Assembly: GCF_000143415.4 (NCBI RefSeq)
Contig: NW_003314326.1
Span: 186,001 to 250,000 of the forward strand
Direction: 5' to 3'
Length of the DNA: 64,000 nt
Source: Selaginella moellendorffii
Lineage: Eukaryota > Plantae > Lycopodiophyta
Under the pieces are notes generated by a model. That model was not told where the DNA came from. It did no database searches and was given only the letters and a program-made list of their open reading frames with translations. The translations under genes and the position numbers were made by a program. This document shows, in pieces, positions 56,280 through 64,000 of this stretch. Numbering within the stretch: position 1 is the stretch's first letter; each line of letters opens with the position of its first letter.

Positions 56280-58319
56280 CTAGAACTGGCACGACGTTCC
56301 CAGTCTCATCTGCTGTAGCCGGATCATCGCGCTCCCCTTCTCCGCGTTGTGTCGCTCCAAAACTTGGCCACAAACGCTGTGGAAGCATCGCATGAAAGCG
56401 TTCCATTCCCTGTCGCACAGGCTCGACAGGGCCAAGGACGTCTCCGCCGGCCGGGCAGTGCTGCGCTTGTGCGCGGACGCCGATGCAAACCCCTTGGAGG
56501 AGGCTCGCTTCTTCTTGGCTTTCTTCTTCTTAAAGTTCATTCGACCGATGCTGCTGCTGGGTGTGGTGACGCAGCTGGAGCAGCAGCCTCTGGATCGATC
56601 CAGGCCGAGATCGAGATCGTCATCGTCATCGTCCTCACCATCGCCATCGTCTTCCTCCTCCTCCTCTCTCACTGGCTGCATCTCGGACACCGACCGGAAG
56701 AGCTGCTTCTTCACTGGCGAAGTTCGTGGCGAGTTCTTCGCGTCGCTAGCAGCTCGCGATGGAGAGATTAGCTGCAACTGCTGCTGCTGCTGCTCGTCCA
56801 TGTCGATCTCAAACACCTGTTCCTCGTCGTCGTCATCTTCTTCATGTCCGCCACCCTTCTCGTTCTCGGACTCGTCCGTCACCAATTGCGATCCGGCTAG
56901 CGCTGACTCCTGTGCCGCCTGATCTCTGGCCACTGTACACATCTTCTCCAGCTCGCTGCTGCACGTCTCGCCACTGTCGTCCAGCTCCCTGCTCATCATC
57001 GACCCGACTTCCGCCAGGCACAGCCCGGCCTCGGCCGCTCGCTTCAGGAAGCTCGTGCACAGGATCATCATCCGGATGCACGCTTCCTTGAGCATGGGGA
57101 GCTGCTTCCTCAGCATGTCCGCGTCCTTGGCCGGATCCAACACCCGGATGTAGTCGAGCTCCTCCTCGGAGAACGGGAAGGAAGCCTGCGGCCAATGCAG
57201 CCACTCAAAGTATGGATCTTCGATGCTCTCCGGGAGGCATAGGCCGTGATCGATTGGGATGAGCTCCACCGAGTTACACATGTTGGTGGTGGCCGCGGCG
57301 GCGGTGTTGTGGCGGACGAGGATGTTCCCGGCATGGCGATCCGTGTTGAAGAGCCGGACGTCGAGGATTCCCACGCGGTGGACTGCCGAGGCCGGGAAGC
57401 GCGAGCAGCCGCATTCGCTGGCCTCGTAGTCGTGCTCCACGAACTCCTGGAACGATCCAATCTTGGCGAGCTTGCTCCCGGACCGACTCCACGCCGAGTT
57501 GATGTGGAAGATGGGATGCACGGCCTTGACAAGAACAGTGGCCGGCACCTGGGCGAAGTGGCCGTGATCCAGGAGATACGCGGCCACCTCGCGAATGCCA
57601 GTCTCGCCGACGCGGATGGATCGACTGAGCCCCGCCTGTCCGAGGCGGCGGCCCACGAATCCTCGCGGATTGTTGGGCGCCAGTGGCTCCTCGTCCGCTG
57701 GCTTGACGATGGCGATCTTCTTGCCGTGGCGGTCTCGGAAGTAGTAGGCTCCTCCCAGTCCTCCCTGCGCTGGGAGCGGCTCCACGCCACGCTCGATCCC
57801 GGCGCAGCTCTCCTGGATGAGGCGCTTGATCCTGGCGCAGCAGCTCCATCCGCCCACGATCTCGAACGGCCCGCGGCTGTCCTCCTCCTCCTCCTCCCCC
57901 CCGAGAAAGATTGCCGCATTGCTCTCTTTCTTGGACGGGCAGAGGCACGGCGTGGAGAAGCTCCGGTGGATGGTGCTGCTGCGCGCCAGCAGCACGGGCG
58001 AGTCGCAGCGCAGCTCGCTCACGTCGTCCTCGAGGACGTGATCCCCGAAAGAAAGATCGCTGTTCTCCGTGGAGATGCGCAGCACCGCCTGGATCTTCTT
58101 CTTGATCGACTGGACCTTGTCGCTGCGGTGGACCTCCATCCCCAGCACGCTGCCGTTGTCCGTCTGGACAAAGATCCGCCGCCTCCATCCCTGCTGCTTC
58201 TTCCACTGCTGCTTACCTTGCCCATCGCCCCCGCCGCCGCCGCCCCCTCCATGCAGCAGCCGCGCCTCTTGCTCGAGCTCGGGCATCGCCATAGCCAGGG
58301 ATGGAGCTTCCGGCGGCAT
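56280..58319 (-). CDS. Type II phosphatidylinositol 4-kinase gamma with an N-terminal ubiquitin-like domain
   Basis: RRRIFVQT, HRSFSTPCL, GGLGGAYYF, KPADEEP, REVAAYLLDH, LDVRLFNTDRHAGNILV, PIDHGLCLP, terminal RLGTSCQF. Likely start 58319; the track ORF extends through the CT-rich 5' UTR. Confidence 0.95.
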   Translation of the reverse strand: MPPEAPSLAMAMPELEQEARLLHGGGGGGGGDGQGKQQWKKQQGWRRRIFVQTDNGSVLGMEVHRSDKVQSIKKKIQAVLRISTENSDLSFGDHVLEDDVSELRCDSPVLLARSSTIHRSFSTPCLCPSKKESNAAIFLGGEEEEEDSRGPFEIVGGWSCCARIKRLIQESCAGIERGVEPLPAQGGLGGAYYFRDRHGKKIAIVKPADEEPLAPNNPRGFVGRRLGQAGLSRSIRVGETGIREVAAYLLDHGHFAQVPATVLVKAVHPIFHINSAWSRSGSKLAKIGSFQEFVEHDYEASECGCSRFPASAVHRVGILDVRLFNTDRHAGNILVRHNTAAAATTNMCNSVELIPIDHGLCLPESIEDPYFEWLHWPQASFPFSEEELDYIRVLDPAKDADMLRKQLPMLKEACIRMMILCTSFLKRAAEAGLCLAEVGSMMSRELDDSGETCSSELEKMCTVARDQAAQESALAGSQLVTDESENEKGGGHEEDDDDEEQVFEIDMDEQQQQQLQLISPSRAASDAKNSPRTSPVKKQLFRSVSEMQPVREEEEEDDGDGEDDDDDDLDLGLDRSRGCCSSCVTTPSSSIGRMNFKKKKAKKKRASSKGFASASAHKRSTARPAETSLALSSLCDREWNAFMRCFHSVCGQVLERHNAEKGSAMIRLQQMRLGTSCQF

Positions 58320-58856
58320 TCTCGATCGATCTCTCCGCGCCGGGAGCTGGGAGGCGAGGGAGGAGGATTGAAAGAGAGAAACAAGAAGAACGCTCTCCTC
58401 CGCCTCTCTCTTTCTCTCTCTCTCTCCTTTTCTTTCTCGTCCTCCTCTCTGGAGCGTAGCAGAGGTAGGTTGGCTGGCTGCGTTGGCCGGTCGGGGGTTC
58501 GAGTCTCGCCGGCTACGCCCGACGTTAGAGCTGCCGCCATGCATCTCGGGATCGATTCCTCTCCCACTCGCCAAGGCTTTCTTCTCTCTTTGTTTGCATG
58601 AGAGAGAGAACGAATTTTGGATGAGGAGGATGGGTCCAATGTCGCTGTCACCATGACGACAAAGTACGCTCTTACGATGTGATTGCATTTGCCAATTTTT
58701 TTGTATGGTGCATTGGTCCATCTGTCTAAATGCCAAAGTGCCCTCCCTCATCTTTAGGAAAGGGGGAATATCTTTCGAATTACTACCGGGTCAAACCTTC
58801 TAACTGGCGGGGAGGCGTTCGATTCCCGCGACTGGCAATTCTCAAGAAGCTTGGCT

Positions 58857-60154
58857 ATGGCGTTTGCCCTCGCAGCGTCTCCTCTTCCCTCCAGGCCCGG
58901 CAGTCTGCCGCGGCTGAGGAGAAATCGCAATCTCGTCGTGGTGCCAGTGCGATGTCGGTCGCAATTGCAATCGCAGCATCGCCGCCTGGTGCTGCGGCTG
59001 TGCGCCACCACAGAGACGAAAGAAGCTGAGAAAGAAGAAGAGGACGCGCTCGCTGCTGATGAATCCGGAGGAGCCAGTGGCCGCATTGGCGATGGCAATG
59101 GAGATTCCGGCGATGGCGGCGGGGATGGATTGAGGTGGCTGTCCAATGCGCCAGTGTATGTTCTATGGGCGGGATTGATTGGGTACGCTTTCACCATGGC
59201 TCCAAACCAAACACCGGTAAGAGGATAGCTTAGAGGATTGGAGTTTTTCTTCCTTTCTCGATGGTTTCCAGTTCCACCACCAATTCCATTCAGTACAGGG
59301 ATCAATTGTTCGTGGAGAAGCTGCTGCTCTTGCGAGGCGACGAAGGTTTCTCGATCAACCCGGTGCTTGTCACAGTCTGGTTTAGCATGGGCCTTCTTCC
59401 ACTCATCTATGCGATGCTTCTCATCCCCACTGGAAGAAGGTAGGTACTTGAAGTTTCGATTTGGAAGAACAAAGCTCACGAAACTTTGCCACTTCCAGTG
59501 AGAAAGGTGGCGTTCCTGTGTGGCCGTTTTCTCTCGTTTCTTTCTTCACGGGGATTTTTGCCTTGTTGCCGTACTTTGGGCTGTGGAATCCACCGCCACC
59601 CCGCGTAACCAAGCAAGAGCTCAGCACCTGGCCTCTCGTGGTGCTGGAATCAAAAATCTTGTCTTTTGTAAGTTTGTCTCGATTTCTTCCTCAACTCTTA
59701 GTGTGATTTTGATTTTTTTTTTCCTTCTCGATCGATGTGTATCCAGTTTGTAGCCGCTTGCGCGCTTGGACTGGCCGCGAAAGCAGCGCTTTCCAACAGT
59801 GAGAGCTGGAGTCAGTACTTAGGATTTTTCCGAGAGAGCCGATTTGTAAGGATTTCAAGTTGCCGAGTTTGGCGTGACTTGGATCACCGGTTTTTTGTGC
59901 AGATTCACGTGATGAGCATCGACTTTGTCTTGCTTAATCTGCTCGTGGTCTTCTGGGTGTTCAACGATATCACGTTTCGGAGGTAACTCGAGTCGAGTCG
60001 AGCTTGTGAGCACTGATAGAATCTTCATCTTCATTGGTGCTTTTCCAGGTCCAATAACTCATGGCTGATTCCAGTGTCCATCATTCCACTCGTTGGTCCT
60101 GCATTATATCTCCTCTTGAGACCCGGCTTGCCGCCTCAAATGGTCGACGAGTAA
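58857..60154 (+). CDS. Conserved plastid integral membrane protein of unknown function (cyanobacterial-type)
   Basis: Transit peptide; APNQTP/YRDQ...PLIYAMLLIPTGR/VPVWPF...FALLPYFGLW/FFRESRF/IHVMSIDF...ND/IPLVGPALYLLLRP. Six exons. Confidence 0.85.
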
Positions 60155-60257
60155 TGTTTTGTATCCAGGCAATCAATCTTTTTCTGGTCGGTCGAGATTT
60201 CCGGGAATTCGTTGGGCTTGCCGCTTTTGCATTCGTTGTCGGCACTGTCATGTCAAA

Positions 60258-60445
60258 GTGCACATCTTCAATTCCCAATCAAGCTTCGAGTTGATCGCGT
60301 CCACGATCACGGGACACTTGCAGCTCACACGTATTGGTTTTGGTCTTTTGCTTTGCTTCAAGACAAACTTGGTTACCTCTGCTCTCGTCAATCCGAAGTT
60401 CCTGCAATGAGTTTCGATCAAATTTTACTCCCAGTTGAAAGTTCT
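60258..60445 (-). pseudogene. Decayed duplicate of the APX 3' end and its downstream flank
   Basis: LGVKFD..RIDES versus [19 protein letters not shown]; tcttcaatt.ccaat.aa.cttcga and gtccacgatcac match ~62357-62575. Confidence 0.85.
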
Positions 60446-60850
60446 GAGATCGTGCCGTGATCTCTGGCATATGGCCCTCCTGGGAACAAACTTTCTCATC
60501 TTTCGTAAGTGCTATGACAGGGTCCACCTAGAGGAAATTTTTCAAGGGGGAGAATTTTTAACCTCTTGTTCCAGAATCTATAATTTATAAATTATTCCCA
60601 TGGTCTCAATAAGGAGTTTGAAGAGTAAATGTTTTATAACAGCTTATAAAAAATCTATAGTGTCCATTAACTTTCTCTTCTTTTTCGGATACCAGCGTGG
60701 GCACTCCACACTGACGAAGCTCTTCACTAGAGAACCCCCGCAGTTCATCGATTTCATCGATTCTCTCCTTCAGTAAAACTTCCATCGCTTTGTCTACCAG
60801 TTCACCTTTTCCTCGCGACACCAGGAAATCCTGACCGTCCGTTTGTCATT
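60279..60850 (-). pseudogene. Small SAM-like-domain ORF divergent from the NTPase, possibly spliced onto the APX-derived remnant
   Basis: DFLVSRG...KAMEVLLKERIDEIDELRGFSSEELRQCGVPTL, then a GT donor; AG acceptor at ~60528. No clean upstream ATG. Confidence 0.4.
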
Positions 60851-60897
60851 TGTATACTATAAGTCCCGAAGAACCCTAATTCCTTTTACGTAGCGCA

Positions 60898-61975
60898 ATG
60901 AAGCAACTTGTGGGCAGGGAGAGGGAGCTGCGCGACTTGCTAGGCTACGTGGAACGGCGCATAGATAAGATTGTGCTTCTGCAGGGGCCGGAGCTCTCCG
61001 GCAAGACGGCTCTTCTGCGGGAGCTTCGGGCTGTCATGGCTTCCAAGTATGGCAGAACGATCCCCGTCTACCACCTCGATCTCACTTGTTTCAGGATGAC
61101 GGATGTTCTCGAGTGGATCCAAGGTACCGACAATTTTCTCATGGAAGATTCCAAAGACTTGACAATCCTAGAGGTGATAGAGGAGATACTAGCTAGTGAG
61201 CATCAGCTCCAGCCAGTTTTTATCATCGACCAGGCTGAAAGGATTCCCGAGATCTTTCCACAGCCACGGGCACTGATAGAAGTCCTTGCGAAGATTGCAC
61301 GGGAGAGGAGAGGGGTGGTGATCCTGGCGAGTCTAGACGACTCTTTGCGGGAGGATTGGCATGACCAAGTTCTTCCCTTTCACTTGGGATACTTCAGCGA
61401 GAAGGCCGCTAGGGCGTTTCTTCGTAAGCGAAGGGCAGCGGAGGACAGGAGACCGTGGTGGCAGCGGTGGTGGTCGAGGAGAGATCTAGTTAGTGACGAG
61501 GAATGGCGCGAGATATACCCCGTTTGTGGTGGCTGCCCCAGGTTGCTTGGATTTTGCGTCTCCCCATACCCGAATCTTAGCGCAATAGTTGGCTCCGTGG
61601 TTGGGGGCGTACACACCGGACTGGAAGGCAGGGATGGCGAGTAAGTGATAGATATCTTGTTTCTAAGAAGTGCTTGGATCTAATCATTTGTGTTTTTGAT
61701 GGTGATCATCTAGGTGGGAGGGGGACAAGTACCGAAGGGTGGCGGAGCTGCTCGTGGAGAACGAAGGGAGCTTGGAGTGGTCTGTTGTTCTGGACAAGGT
61801 GTTTGGCAAGGATGTGAGCGAGGGGAGCTCTCAGCTCCGGGCCATGGCTGCTCGCAACATGATAAACGTCGAGTACTTGCCCGAGTCCAAGACCAAAGTG
61901 GTGATGGCTGGAAGTCCTGCGTATCTTTACGCCATGAGACTCGTGCTGGAAGGGAGAGATGAGCCGGATGTCTGA
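60898..61975 (+). CDS. P-loop NTPase (archaeal-ATPase/STAND-like) with a C-terminal winged-helix-like region; apparently intact
   Basis: LVGREREL, Walker A GPELSGKT, Walker B FIIDQAE, VILAS, LGYFSEKAARAFL, CGGCPRLL. One intron (61641-61713) restores the frame to WEGDKY...LRAMAARNMI...AGSPAYLYAMR. Confidence 0.82.
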
Positions 61976-62046
61976 CAATTCCTTCGTTCTATTCTTAAGT
62001 TTGATTTGATCTGGATGAACAAAACTATTGTTATTACAAAAACAGT

Positions 62047-62330
62047 AGAAAGGTGGCGTTCCTGTGTGGCCCTTTTCTCTCGCGAATGCTGGGTAGCCAA
62101 GCACGAACTCAGCACCTGGGCTGCTCGTGGAGCTCGAATAAAAAATCTTGTCTCGACTGTTTTAGATCTTTGTGAACAGCACGATCGATACGCGTACGCT
62201 TTATGGACACTTGCGGGCTTGGACTGGCCGCCAAAACAGCGCTTTCCAACAGTGAGAGCACGAGCTTGTGACAAATCCGACACTTGTCCAGTAATCTCAT
62301 CTCAGCTTGCATCTTTGGAGACTATTGTCC
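62047..62330 (+). pseudogene. Decayed duplicate of the 3' half of the plastid membrane protein gene
   Basis: gaaaggtggcgttcctgtgtggcc, ctcagcacctgg, aaaaatcttgtct, gcttggactggccgc and cagcgctttccaacagtgagagc match ~59501-60125. Confidence 0.92.
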
Positions 62331-62460
62331 GGAAAGAGCGATCGTTGTCAACACTAGTGCGCGTCTTCAATTGCCAATTAAACTTCGACTTCGTCCACGA
62401 TCACACTTGATCACGGGTATTATTCTTTTACTCTTTTCGCAAAAACTGTACTGGTTATGC

Positions 62461-63925
62461 CTAACTTGTGCTCTCGTCGATCCGGATTCCCTGCAACCAC
62501 ATCAGTCAGCCAACAAGGAGGAGAACAAGAGCTACAAACTTGAGGTGGATCGAATTTGGCTCCCAGTTCACTCAGCTTGGCATGCGCTTGAGCATAGTCC
62601 TTGAAGAACGCGTCCTGATCCTTGGCGTAGAGCTCGGCATGCTCCTGGAGATATACATTGAGATAAGTTTTTCTAATTTTCTTAAGTTGGTCTATTCTTT
62701 ACCTTGAATCCTGGATCTTCGAAAAGGACTGCGTCAGTTGGCAAGACGAGAAGATCTTCGTCTCTTTTCTCCTTGATATCCTGCATACGATACAACCGGC
62801 GTTCACTACTATCCAAATTTTTTTTTCGTCCTTGGAATAAAGTCTACCTTGAAATATGAATTGTCAAATTTCAGCCATTCCACAGTCCAGGACTGGCCTC
62901 CTGGAGCTCCAGGTCCGTCTTTCTATCATGGTCTCAAGCATCAAAATGTCATCGAAGCTTCTGAAAGAACCACTTTCGTTACCGTGTATTTCGTTTCCTT
63001 TTTTCCCCAGCCACTCCGTTCTGGTCTAGATCGTCCCAAGGTATGAGCACCTGACAGGGCAACAATGTCCTTGGTATATCAAGGCGATGAGTAAAAGTCT
63101 GCTCAAGCCAGGAAAATTCTTCAAAGCGGAAAGCGCACCTTGTCATCCAGTCCCATCCTGTGAAACACTTTGCGAAGGTGCTCGGAAGGATTTGGGGGTC
63201 CGGCACCTGGAAAGAAAATTAATTCCAGGCGTCAAAGAAACGGACATCATTTGTCGAAGTCCAAGTTGGCTAGCGCTTGGAAAACTCATTCTTACTTGGA
63301 AGGTTACCCTCCTTCGGGCATTGCTCTGGGCCTACGGTATCAACTCTTCCATATCGCATTGGAATCCGGGGTCCTCCAGCCATCTGATTCCATCACCTTT
63401 AGAAGTTTAGGCCGGCTTCTTTGTTCTTTCTTGATAAGTTTACCTCTATGGCGGTGGCGCTTGCAAGCTGGAAAAGATCGGCATAGCTTACTGCGGTGAA
63501 TTTCTCCTTCACGGGATTAAGCAGCTTGAGAGCATTTATGAGTCCTGCCGTAAGTTCGAAGGGATCGTTCCAAGCTTTTCGCAAGTTCCTAAAAGTTACC
63601 AGCATTCGCTCCATGTTCCAACTCGATAGGGAAGCGCAGGCTTCCATTGGCACCACCACACTTGGGCCACTCGCTGATGTTCTTGTCATACGTTCCAGCG
63701 TCGTGCCATCCCAATCTAATCTGTCGATTTGAAAGAGCTCACAAGGTTTGATCGTTGAAAAATAAAGAAAACAGTGCGAGTGTTTTTTTTGACACTTACT
63801 ACTATAGGATTGCAATGCATTTTCGTGATCACTTCCTTGATCGCTTCCCTCGCTCCCACTAGCTGATCGAGCTGAGACGCGATCCTCTGGGACGATTCCA
63901 CGGCGGCGGCTCCACTCCCAGACAT
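62461..63925 (-). CDS. APX: Chloroplast-type L-ascorbate peroxidase (5' end probably extends beyond the window)
   Basis: [120 protein letters not shown]. No C-terminal thylakoid anchor seen. Confidence 0.95.
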
Positions 63926-64000
63926 GGCAAAAGTTCTGATCCTCCGCGAGCAGGCCTGATCGGTTGCAAACACGATCCATCGACATCGAGAAAGAGAGGA

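Noticed and set aside
57110-58654. Several long overlapping ORFs across PI4K-gamma
   Set aside because: GC-rich shadow frames with Arg/Pro/Ala-biased composition.
21972-62045. Classical transposon (TIR, LTR or Helitron) explanation for the NTPase inserts
   Set aside because: No shared termini, inverted repeats, short TSDs or transposase/RT motifs were found by eye, so they are not called as mobile_element features.

Overview
Gene-dense eukaryotic nuclear DNA from a non-seed vascular plant. Very short introns (about 45-80 bp), tiny intergenic spacers, seven intronless PLS/E-class PPR genes and a flagellar-type gene point to Selaginella, probably S. moellendorffii; this is inference, not a database match. 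About 30 protein-coding loci are recognisable: GH9 cellulase, two CYSTM peptides, LigB/DODA dioxygenase, a membrane-anchored pseudokinase, a GH17-LTP-GH17 group, Z-ISO, a U-box/ARM ligase, a Cys-rich putative lumen protein, PPD4, cytochrome P450 reductase, an axonemal-type coiled-coil/EF-hand protein, a histidine phosphatase, an SCP-like phosphatase, a DUF26 protein, HMG-CoA synthase, PI4K-gamma, a plastid membrane protein and chloroplast APX. The most striking unexplained structure recurs three times (about 21.7-25.1, 36.1-40.2 and 59.5-62.6 kb). In each case a foreign-looking P-loop NTPase cassette sits between two large, reciprocally decayed direct duplications of the local host gene junction. 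Two cassettes carry SAM-like headers and one also has a nuclease-like segment and a PHD finger, recalling Crinkler/CR-type effectors. A fourth, inverted NTPase remnant lies at about 26 kb. This pattern suggests a mobile or selfish gene family that inserts with several-hundred-bp to kb-scale flanking duplications. Exon boundaries and alignments were read by eye and are approximate.
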